64,000 bases of DNA, from positions 5,952,001 to 6,016,000 of the forward strand of contig JBHGNT010000001.1 of assembly GCA_043228905.1 (NCBI GenBank). The letters run 5' to 3'. This document shows positions 53,115 to 62,900 of this stretch, one piece after another (position 1 is the stretch's first letter; every line of letters starts with the position of its first letter). Made by a program: the position numbers and the translations under genes. The stretch comes from Azolla caroliniana (taxonomy: Eukaryota; Plantae; Polypodiophyta). The notes under the pieces were generated by a model. The model was given only the letters and a program-made list of their open reading frames with translations. It made no database searches and was not told the DNA's origin.

Positions 53115-55553
53115 ATCCTGCAGAGGAACAGAAGAAAGGGAAGAAGACGACGGAGCTGAAAGGAAGGAACAAATGTTGTACTGACTCTTCCTACAAAACC
53201 TAGCTCTCTCAGTCTTAGCTTCGGGACCCAACCTCCTAGCCTCGGTCTCATCACCGAATGTCTCGGTACCAAGCCAACTTACCCAACTAACGATAGCTCC
53301 GGTACCACGGCCGATAGAATGTCTAGGTTTCTTTCGCATCACCCCAAGTGTCACAAAGGTGCGTTCGCTCTCGAGTAACCGTCCCTCCTCTACAGACCGA
53401 CAATCTTGTCTTTGTTTCTTCGTAACATTTGGTACTGACCCTTTGGTGTTTCATGCACCAACGATTCGATATTGAAAACCTACGTCCACCAATGGACGGA
53501 CGTGTGCATATTCTAGCAAGCATTAAATACTCATATGCGTCATTACATTACACTGCTCAATGGGTGCTTTTATAGGCCATGTGTATCTTCTTTGGGCACT
53601 GAATTCTCTCCTTTTGCTTTGGTACTAAGCCTCCATGATCTCATCCCGTCATAGTGTCGATATCGTACGCGGGTCTATGATCAATCTTGGTACACGCACA
53701 TCCATACCTAGTTGGGGTGTGTTCAATAACCTCGTGTTAAATCATTTGCACACCTCAACCTTACGAGTTGTGTTGTCACTTAGAAAAAGGATGTTAGTGA
53801 TGCCGTTGTGCACTATCTAAAGAACGCCACCTTGTTTATGGTGTAGAATTCCTCAATGTCAAATGATGCATGAGTCTTTTGTGGTGTATGTTGAGAATGA
53901 AGCAACAATTATGATTGCACATTATTGATCACATTGGCTCATCTCTTGTGTAGCCAGATGGAGGCACACCATTTTCCAAAAACAAGTCATCTTAAAAACC
54001 CAATGTCATGATTGTTATGGGGTATGTTAATGTGTAAAACTATCATGTCAAAGAAATCATTGTTGATCCCACTACCAAATTCACGAAGTCAATTTCCGAG
54101 AAGTAATCACCCGTCACGTGTTCTACCAAACATTTGAAATATAGAGACCATGACTTCCTATAGGATCCATAACCACCATATGAGCTTCCTATTGAAGGTA
54201 GTTTTCACAACTAGATAAAGAAAGGTAGAATAATTGACATAGGTCGATATTTTTATGTCGAGCAAGTAATGTCCAAAATTATTGACAAATTGCATCATTG
54301 CTAAGAGCCTATGGTTATGTGGTTGAATAACTAGAATTTGGTAGAGAAGAATCGTTGATTGGCACCAACATTAGATCATTACAACTTAGCTAGTTATCGC
54401 ATGAAGATTTTCCCAATCAACGTGATATTGAAAACATAATTGGGAGGTTGCACCATCGAGGCTCAAGATTATAAGGGACTTCAATGCATGGAATAATTTG
54501 TTTTCCTCGTTTATATAGGAGAACAATGTGCAATGAGATCATAATGTCCATGATATATTTAGCAGGGTTGAGGCAATGGCATGCATCACACAATTTATCT
54601 AAACTCCACACACAAGCATAGGTGTCACAAAATGCTCTACCTTCAAGTTAAAAATTGCATATTCGTCAAAAACATATCGCATGAAGGTGGGGATAAATGG
54701 ATCAAAGATTTCAACAAACACAAGCTACAATGTGAATGGAACCATCATCAAGTAGAAAGCAAATACCACAAGTAAATGGTTCTATACAAGGTAGCGTGGT
54801 GGGTATTGGGTGACTACTATTACAAGTGACACAAGTCACCTGTGCAGTGTCATCTTCTATGATTCACTACACATTATTTTGAATTCGCATATTAAACCTA
54901 TGGTTTCTTGCACATCGTGTTCTTGAGGTCATGCATAAACAAAACAACGTTGTCAACATGTCATAACATTGAGGTTATGAGGTACACACATTGCCACGGG
55001 GTGTCGATGGTGAGAGCTTCAATGCCCCTCCTTGCCATTGGCAGGTGTAGCAATAGACATTGGTGGAGCAACCGGGGGGGGGGGTCGGTTGGTGACCTCG
55101 AGCTCATTTCAATTGTACGCGGGCTTTGATCGGGAGTGGATGCAGCCGTCCGTGTGCGGTGTCAAAGGCTGCATTGCGTTCTGCGTTCACACTCGGAATT
55201 CCACTGAACCAGACCACAACTTGTGTTGGCCCAATCGTAAGAGTACATCTCACATAAGATGAAGGGCTTCGTGGTGGCGGCCGGATTCATGAAACGTTTT
55301 ACCGATGTATGTATGTAATGTCGTATATATGTAGTTGGCACATTCCTTTGGGGGAGTCTGGTCGATCGAGACACACTATCCACTTCGGTAGCAACGTACC
55401 ATCGTGTCGTCGACTGCATTTTTTGTGGTATGTGTGACCGACAGCAGCCATGGCCAATTGAGAAATGTGATGCGCGCGTGGAAGCGGCCGGTGCACACTG
55501 AAGAAATCACAGGCAGATTGTTATTCGCTGGCCGGACAAGGCCTAACACAAGG

Positions 55554-55937
55554 TGTCACGGAGACACTTCACCAAAGGGTGATTACGGCATAGGATTAAG
55601 ATTCAACGATTACACCGACTTACGTAGGTTACACGATTAGAATGCTTTGGTTAATTACACGCGTAAGATATAATAGTAATTACAGAACGGAAATCAACAC
55701 AGAAGTATAAACACCATATGCTCTATTAATTATCCGTTGTCATTACAATGGGGTCCGGGCCTTTAAATAGGTTTCCGGCCCGTAGTACAAAACGGTGCCT
55801 CTCGCACCTATTCGGGATCCGTCCGGATCTGGAACGGCATACCGTTTCCAGTCCGTCCGTCCACACTATGCTTATTTACAACCATGCTTAATTAATTCCT
55901 TCACTCCGTATTTTGGACTCCTTGCCGGCCGGTAACA
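55554..55937. repeat. Putative LTR (384 bp)
   Basis: Imperfect inverted termini TGTCAC...GTAACA, central CCTTTAAATAGG TATA-like box, directly followed by a PBS-like 17-mer. The partner LTR is not in the window, so boundaries are unconfirmed. Confidence 0.7.
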
Positions 55938-55939
55938 CA

Positions 55940-55956
55940 TGGCACGCCCGTGGGAC
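55940..55956 (+). promoter_or_regulatory. PBS-like site complementary to a tRNA-Arg 3' end
   Basis: TGGCACGCCCGTGGGAC 2 nt after ...GTAACA. As recalled, the plant tRNA-Arg(UCU) PBS is TGGCACGCCC(A/G)GTGGGAC, so this matches with a 1-nt gap. Confidence 0.75.
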
Positions 55957-55989
55957 AGTACCTTGTACGTCGAACCCTTCTCGGCCCCT

Positions 55990-58935
55990 TCATTGTTCAC
56001 CCAAATTGTCCAAAATACTTTGTTCCAGAGTTTCCACTTGTTCTTCCGGTTGTGGTTGTTGCGGCTGTGCTTGCTGCTGCTGCTGTGGTTGCGGTTGGGA
56101 CTGAGACTGCTCCGGCTGCTCTATAGGCGGCTGCTCCGTTTGTTTCTCTGACTCCGGCATCTCCGTTTGACTGCTTCCGGTCCGGTCTCCTTCCAGTAAC
56201 GGTTCCTCATCACTGAGGTTGACCGTAACCGGTTCTCGTGCTTTCTCTTCCCGGATCCGGGACCTCTCGTAGCTTTCAAATTGGATCTGTGCCTCCAGCC
56301 TGTCGTCGTCCAGCTGAGCTACAAGTTGCCGGACTTGCCCTAGTTGGTCCTCTGCCAAGGCTTGAAAGTCTTCGGCCAGCTCATCTCTTATGCCGGTGAA
56401 GTCCTCGGAAGTCAGCATATAGCAATCATCTCCCTCCTTCCGCCGGTTCTCTACGTCGGCCCGGAGCAATTGGAGTTCCGCCGCGTTCGTGGCCCACTTG
56501 GTCCACCATTTGACGGAGCCGTTGTCAATCAAGCTCTTGGTCTGGTTCAACCAGGACCGCATGATATCCTGGATGCGACTTGCTCCCATTTGCGCTCTAC
56601 TTTCCACCACTTGTCGCTCCTCCTTCAACTGCTTGATGAGATTCGCCGTATCCTCCGCCTGCTCTCTGTAGCGCGTCAGCTGCCCTTGATATGTTGTCTG
56701 CAGCCTCTGCAGTACCTCCGCCGCTCTTTCTTTTTCCGCCTGCTGTTGCCTGAGGAGCTCTGTCCAAACCTTCTCTGCCTCTTCCAACCGTCTTTTGGTT
56801 TCTGCTTGTTCATTAGCGTATGCCGTTGCGGTCCGATCAACTGCTTGCCGGAGCTCATCCGTCCGTTCCTTGTGCTCCGTTTGCAACCGTTTATACTCCC
56901 GGTGCAAGTGCTCAAATTCCTCCGTTTTTTGTTTGAGCTTGCCATTGATCTGGCGATGGTTCCGGTCCTCCCGGTCCTTTACCTGCCGGAGTTCCTCTTT
57001 CAGGCGCTCTACTTCTGTTTCGGCGTTTCTCCGGAGTCTGTCCTTCTCTTGTAGCATTTTCTCCTTTTCCTCCTTGAGCCGGTCGTACGCTTGGTGGCCT
57101 TTCCGTAAGCTCTCCTCAGCCCGGCGTAGATTCTCAGCAGTCTTTTTGAGTTCTGCCTCCGCTGCCGTCTTCAACTCTCTTTCGCGGCTCCTCAGCGCTT
57201 CTTGGGCAGCTAGCTCATCCTTTAAGTCCGCCAGCTCTTGGGCTTGTGCCGCATTTCTCTCCGGAACGGTTTCCGTTGCCGGGGTCTGATTGCTATGTAC
57301 AGGTTGATCTGACGCTTTATGCTGTACATTGCCCGGAGTCACCGGTGCTTGGACTTGTGTTGTCAAAGCCAATTGAGCCATTTCCCTTGTGACCCTGTCC
57401 AAGTCTTGTTCAAGGCTCCAGATTCTGGACCGGGCCGTCTCTAGATCTACGGTTGTGACGAGCAACCGTTCGTGGTGCGCTCTCTCCTCCGCCTCTATGT
57501 ACTCGACCGCTCCGGCGATCTGCTCGCCTACCCATCGTAGCCACATGCTACTGATGCCTTGCTGCTGTACTGGTCGGGTCGGCTCGTTCACTGTGGAATT
57601 GTCTGGCCTGAGTGCCTGTATCTGCCGTTCTGGTTCCACTTCTTGGCCGCCGTGTGTGCTGGCTGGGCTCGCCGGCTGTTGAGTTCCGGTTCTCGCCGTC
57701 TCCGGAGCCGTTGGAATGACTTCTGGTATACGCACCGGTTCCGGTTCCTCCCTTGCGGTTTGCTCAGGTTGAGTTGGGGGCGTCTCTTCCTTTTGCGGGT
57801 CCGAACGCTCCCCCGCTGTCTCGGCGGTCCTACTTCTTGACTGTCGTTGGAGGTGCTCTTCTGGCTCCTCCGTTTCCTCTTCCTGGGTAACGGCATGTTT
57901 CTGTGCCGTCAAGGGTTCCGGTTCTTTCTGTCCCGGTCGCCGTATGGTTATCTTAACGGGTCCCACCGATGACACCTCCTCCGGTTCTGGGAGCCGTTTC
58001 TTCCCTTTCGTCGCCTTCGACGCTAGCAGTTGCTGTCGTTTGGACGCGGGTTTCGAGGTGCTTCCTTCCGATAATCTTGGCCGCTTCTTTGGCTGAACGG
58101 TCTCGACCGGCAGCACGAGCAATGTTATCCACTGAGCTACGGCATGCCACAGCTTCCGGCCCTCCTTGCCATCCTTTCCTCTTACCATGTCGATTGCCGC
58201 GCACAAACCGTCTGCAATCAACACCGGCCAATCCACCTTGGTCCCTTCATAGGTGGCTATGATCATCCCTGCCCGATTTTTTGGCATGACAGGGGGTCGA
58301 GGGTACACGTGGCCGTACTCATGGAGCACTCGAGCTATCTCCCTGAATAGCGGATCTTCGCCGCCCTGCGTTCGATAGCCTTTGCCGGCTATAGAGTACT
58401 CACCGAAATATCGGATGAGTTGCTCCGAGGTTGGGTTATCAATCTGAAAAATACCTCCCTCCGGAAGGCCCGTTAGCGCACGGATCGCTTCTTCGGTGAT
58501 GACTTCTGTGTCGAGCTCCTTGATGACCCGGTCGGCTTCTCTGTGCGGTGGTGCCTCCATGATGGTCAAGAACCCATCCAGTCCGTGTTGCCTGAACCAT
58601 TTCCTGGCCGCTTCCGACAGCGTTTGTGGTTCCATGTCTGCTTCGAGGTCGAGGAAAGATGGCGAGGTAGAGTGGTGATGAGAGTGAGAGCGAGAGAGAG
58701 AGCGTTCCGAACGTGGGGTTTCTCTGAGTGCAGGTTCGCGTTTGCTAAGCTTCCACTGCCTTGGTGCTTCTGTGCTTCTTGGCTCGCGAAAAAAAAAGGT
58801 CTCCATGCGTTCTTCCTTTTCTCTGTGCGTCTTGGCGCCTTTTTCGAGCATGCGCACGTCGTGTACCAAATTAGTATTAAGCAATGTGGCGGCTCTTAAA
58901 TGCCCACTACGTACCTTTTCGCTCCTTGCTTTCAC
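55990..58935 (-). CDS. Retrotransposon accessory ORF (981 codons): globular N-terminal domain, P/E-rich linker, long coiled coil, Q/P tail
   Basis: Uninterrupted ORF just downstream of the integrase stop. True start may be an internal Met (about 58806 or 58635). Confidence 0.8.
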   Translation of the reverse strand: MKARSEKVRSGHLRAATLLNTNLVHDVRMLEKGAKTHREKEERMETFFFREPRSTEAPRQWKLSKREPALRETPRSERSLSRSHSHHHSTSPSFLDLEADMEPQTLSEAARKWFRQHGLDGFLTIMEAPPHREADRVIKELDTEVITEEAIRALTGLPEGGIFQIDNPTSEQLIRYFGEYSIAGKGYRTQGGEDPLFREIARVLHEYGHVYPRPPVMPKNRAGMIIATYEGTKVDWPVLIADGLCAAIDMVRGKDGKEGRKLWHAVAQWITLLVLPVETVQPKKRPRLSEGSTSKPASKRQQLLASKATKGKKRLPEPEEVSSVGPVKITIRRPGQKEPEPLTAQKHAVTQEEETEEPEEHLQRQSRSRTAETAGERSDPQKEETPPTQPEQTAREEPEPVRIPEVIPTAPETARTGTQQPASPASTHGGQEVEPERQIQALRPDNSTVNEPTRPVQQQGISSMWLRWVGEQIAGAVEYIEAEERAHHERLLVTTVDLETARSRIWSLEQDLDRVTREMAQLALTTQVQAPVTPGNVQHKASDQPVHSNQTPATETVPERNAAQAQELADLKDELAAQEALRSRERELKTAAEAELKKTAENLRRAEESLRKGHQAYDRLKEEKEKMLQEKDRLRRNAETEVERLKEELRQVKDREDRNHRQINGKLKQKTEEFEHLHREYKRLQTEHKERTDELRQAVDRTATAYANEQAETKRRLEEAEKVWTELLRQQQAEKERAAEVLQRLQTTYQGQLTRYREQAEDTANLIKQLKEERQVVESRAQMGASRIQDIMRSWLNQTKSLIDNGSVKWWTKWATNAAELQLLRADVENRRKEGDDCYMLTSEDFTGIRDELAEDFQALAEDQLGQVRQLVAQLDDDRLEAQIQFESYERSRIREEKAREPVTVNLSDEEPLLEGDRTGSSQTEMPESEKQTEQPPIEQPEQSQSQPQPQQQQQAQPQQPQPEEQVETLEQSILDNLGEQ

Positions 58936-59017
58936 GTCCGTTCATACCTCGATTTTTAATGTTTTTTTATTTTTTTATTTTTTTTTATTTTTTATTTTTT
59001 AATGACGGTGTGTGATC

Positions 59018-60013
59018 TTACACATCCGTAGGACCCTTACCGTTTTCCTTACGGGTTGCCGTGTCTTCCTTCGCCTCTGCTACGGGTTCCCCGTCGTCTT
59101 TTTCTTCCATCCGTACCGTTCCCAGACAGGTTCCCGGTATAGTGCCGGTGAGCTGCATAAACGGGTTATTTGGCATTGGTCCTTTATAGGGCTTTAGTCT
59201 AAATCCGTTCACCCACTTGCCTAGTACTTCACCGGCAAGTGTCCCTATCTGATAGGACCCGTTGTATTCCCGTGTCAGCCAATACGGGCCTGTCCATCTA
59301 AACCGGAGTTTACCCGGCATCTTGCCCATCCTCGTTTGGAATACTAGCATCGGCTTTCCGATTTCGAACATCTTTTCGTTACCTTTCCGGTGACGGTCAA
59401 CGAACGCTTTCCGTCGTCGTTGCTCCAGTTCCATGTGTAGGATGCTGGCCAGCCGTTGCTCCTCCAGTTCGCATAGTGCTGCTAGCCGCATTTCCTCTGA
59501 CTTCTTTTCATTCAGCCGTTCCCGTAGTTGGATCCGTAAGCTTGGTACCTGAAACTCCACCGGCATGACCGCCTCTAAGCCGAACGCTAACCGGAACGAC
59601 GTTGTCCGGATACTTGTTTTGTATGCCGTTCGGTACGCCCATAGCGCGCTATGGAGCTTTGTATCCCAGTCCGTCCGGTTTTCATTGACGATTTTGAGGA
59701 GAATGTTCTGCAGCGTTTTGTTGGTGGACTCTGCTAACCCGTTCGCTTGTGGGTAGTACGGTGTGCTCCGTTTATGGACCACGGCATAGAACGTTGTTAA
59801 GCTTTCCACTACCTGGCCGAGGAAGTGCCCTCCTTGGTCGCTGATTAATTCAATCGGACATCCATATCGGCACCAAATGTTCTCGTACAGGAATTTTGCT
59901 GTGGATGACGCGGTATTGTCTCTCAAGGCCTTAGCCTCCACCCATTTAGTGCAATAATCTGTTGCCACGATGACATAACGATTACCCGTTCTCATTGCCG
60001 GTGGCTTGAACGG
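59018..60013 (-). pseudogene. Gypsy integrase, C-terminal portion
   Basis: PFKPPA...VATDYCTKWVEA...ISDQGGHF...PQANGLAESTNK...ALWAYRT...WTGPY...VNGFRLKPY. The N-terminal part is displaced by the insertion at 60014. Confidence 0.93.
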
Positions 60014-60773
60014 TGTCGTGAAGAAAACCGCCCACAAGAGGAATCGGAGGAACAAGGCGTGGGAAACGGCTCTACACACACGCGCGCGCCAAGATGTACC
60101 TAAGGACGAAGTAGGTACATACGAGGATCCTAGGTGGGTAGATTCGGTTGGTATGCAGTTAATGCCAAACGGCCTCTTGACGGGCTATAAAAGGAAGAGG
60201 AAGAATAGAAGTGGGGTATCTCCCGCGGAGAGGACGAAGTGCTGCCGAACCGATTTCGGAGCTTCTCTCTCACTCCTGCTCTCTCTGTCTTCTGCTCCAT
60301 CGCGTACCTGTGCAGGTTTCGAGGAGGCTTGCGCTGTTCCGTGGAACGCCCCGAGTGCGTCCTGCAGCACCTCCGACCTGTCTTCCCTTTCTGTGCGTCG
60401 CGACATACAGGGGTCGGCAGCTGTTCGCCGCCCTGTTCGTTTTCGTTAGTATCTATTTTGTGCCCCACCGTGGGTTGTAATACTTTAGTCTGTTATTTTC
60501 TTGCATTCATAAGTACATATCTCTCGTTGTTGCGTCCATCTGCGTCGGCGTTTATTTGTGATCTCTGTTTGTTGGGCCGTGTCCCTGTGCAATCGTCGGT
60601 TCTGCGCAATCGGATCTTCGGTTCTGTGTAATCGGGTCTCTCTCTCTTACTCCTCTCTCTCTTGCTCTTCGGTTCGAGACCCCCGTGGTCCCTCCTCCTT
60701 TCTACACGCAAGGGCGTAGCAACCCCGACATCTTGGTGAACCCGACGTGAAAGAGGCGGCAGAAGAGTAGGAA

Positions 60774-62900
60774 ATGAAGGGGGCGGATCTTGCAGAGGCC
60801 ATGGCTTCGGCCGTGGATCGGATAGTAAGCGCGCGCGAGGGCACCGGCGCCCTCGATAGAGCTATTGAGGCGGTCGTCGGAACGATCGGTCGATTCACCG
60901 GAAAAGATGCCACGAAGTACCTGGCGTCCTACGGTGCGGAAATGTTAATGCGGGACATTCCGGAAGACAGGCGTCTTGTCGGTTTTCCCCGAGTGGCGAT
61001 GCCGAGCATCCACGCGGAGGTGCTCGAGGTGCGGGCGGAGAGCCGTACCTGGGAGGAGTTCGAAGGTCGGCTCCTGGAAAAATACGGACTGGACGACGCG
61101 CTCCGGCTTTCGAAGCGAAGCTTCATGGAGTGGGTGGAGTCTCCCGGGAAAGGAAGGAATGCGTCGGCACTCCTCCGGGAGTTCGAGGAGAACTTCGCGC
61201 GCCTTTCGGCGCTTGACAGGATGGTCCTGGATACAAGCCGGGTCCTGCTGTTCGTCAAATCGGTTGACGAGAGGGATCGGAGTCACGTGGGCGCCCTGCT
61301 AGAAACCGAAGACAGGCTGACAGCCGACTGGGCGGCGGTCAAGAGAGCCTGCGGCCGTTTCGACAAACGGCGAGAATGGGAGGATGACAGAGCAACCGGG
61401 TCGGGCTCAGTCGCGGCGAGGAAACTCGAGCCGGCGCAGCCGGTGCGAAGGGAAGAGACTCGGGAGTGGCTGGAATCCGGTTCAGCTCCGACCGGCGTGA
61501 TCAGAGGCACGACTGGAGGAGCTGCGTTGGAGGAACTGACGAGGGCGATAAAAGACCTCCAAATCGCACAAGCCCGCAGAGAAGGCGGAGGACCTGCTCG
61601 TGACCGACGGCCGGCGGCAGGGAACAGGTGCATGTGGTGCGACGGGGTCGGCCACATCCGAAAAGACTGCGGCGATTTCGCAGAGGCGCTGAGGAACCGG
61701 GCGGTGTACCTATGGGAGGGCCGGGTTCACGCCAACGACACGAGAAGGGCCCTAAACCGAAACGACGGGCGAGGCGGAATGAAGAGGTTGATGGAAGAGG
61801 CGGCGGCCCGACATGCGGAAACCGTCCACTACTCGGCGTCGGCCGGTATTCGAGTCGGGGGCAACGAGGCCCGAAGAGGAAGCAAAGCCGGATTCTGGCC
61901 GACGGTGCTGGAAGGCCTTGCCGATACGAGGATGAAGAGGGAGGAATCGGACCGTGCGGAGAAACGGGTACGGGAGATGACCGGGTGGAGCGACCCGGTC
62001 GAGGGAAAGACGGGCTTCGTGGAAGCCGCTTGCCGGAACTACGAGGCTCTGGTAGAAGAGAAGCGGGTGGGGAAACCCGGGACGACCGGGCCCTCACAAC
62101 GATACGAGACCCGGTCCGGGCCACGACGGGACGAAGCCGGCGGGGCCGGTACGCAAGATAAACCCCAGAAGGGCGGGTACCGTCTGGGGACGGAGATAGA
62201 AAGAACCACGGACTTACGAAAGGTCCTGGAGGAACGGATCCTCGACAGCAAGGTGGAACTGTCGCTACGGGAGGTGCTGGGAATCGCCAAGAAGGAGTTC
62301 CACGACTCCATCGTGGACTTGGTGAAACGGAAGAGGCTGTCAACGGAGACAGAACCGGAAAGACCGGTGGAAGTGCGGACGACGCACCTAGACGACATGG
62401 CGCTGGGAGACGAGTGGGCGGAAAGCCACTATTCGAGACCGCACTGGGCCCGAGCGACCACGGAAACCCCGGTGAAGATCGGCGATGTCCAGGAACCGGT
62501 GATAGCTTTGGTAGACCACGGATCGGAGATCAATTTGATGTCCATGGACTTCTATAAGAAGGGCAAATGGCCGATCAACACCAAGCACGGGTGGAAAATA
62601 AGGGCAGCAACGCGCGCCACCGAGGAACTGCACGGGGCCTGTCCGAATGTGCGAGTCAAGATCGGCGACGTCGAGATTGACCAGCACTTCTTCGTGCAGG
62701 AGACGTCTTCGCATCCGGTCATACTGGGAGAACCGTACATCACGGCGGCGCGAATGGAGACCAAGGTGCTGGACAATGGTTCGGCCTATGCGCGGGTCAA
62801 GAGCCAGGACGGGCGCCATTCGGTCCAGTTTTTGACGGTTAGGCCGAACCACGAGCGTAACCGCGACTCCCTCGGTTCCGATAACCGAGAGGATTTTTAG
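60774..62900 (+). CDS. Gag-protease ORF of the nested gypsy
   Basis: 708 aa. RFTGKDATKYL gag start, CCHC CMWCDGVGHIRKDC, aspartic protease ALVDHGSEIN...VILGEPY. Ends GAT TTT TAG. Confidence 0.9.
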   Translation: MKGADLAEAMASAVDRIVSAREGTGALDRAIEAVVGTIGRFTGKDATKYLASYGAEMLMRDIPEDRRLVGFPRVAMPSIHAEVLEVRAESRTWEEFEGRLLEKYGLDDALRLSKRSFMEWVESPGKGRNASALLREFEENFARLSALDRMVLDTSRVLLFVKSVDERDRSHVGALLETEDRLTADWAAVKRACGRFDKRREWEDDRATGSGSVAARKLEPAQPVRREETREWLESGSAPTGVIRGTTGGAALEELTRAIKDLQIAQARREGGGPARDRRPAAGNRCMWCDGVGHIRKDCGDFAEALRNRAVYLWEGRVHANDTRRALNRNDGRGGMKRLMEEAAARHAETVHYSASAGIRVGGNEARRGSKAGFWPTVLEGLADTRMKREESDRAEKRVREMTGWSDPVEGKTGFVEAACRNYEALVEEKRVGKPGTTGPSQRYETRSGPRRDEAGGAGTQDKPQKGGYRLGTEIERTTDLRKVLEERILDSKVELSLREVLGIAKKEFHDSIVDLVKRKRLSTETEPERPVEVRTTHLDDMALGDEWAESHYSRPHWARATTETPVKIGDVQEPVIALVDHGSEINLMSMDFYKKGKWPINTKHGWKIRAATRATEELHGACPNVRVKIGDVEIDQHFFVQETSSHPVILGEPYITAARMETKVLDNGSAYARVKSQDGRHSVQFLTVRPNHERNRDSLGSDNREDF

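Larger units (their letters stand above)
55554..60013 (-). mobile_element. Non-chromovirus Ty3/gypsy element (left part) with accessory ORF, interrupted by a nested element
   Basis: LTR-like 55554-55937, 981-aa ORF and integrase C-terminal half on -. Integrase breaks abruptly at 60013/60014. The other end lies outside the window. Confidence 0.85.
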
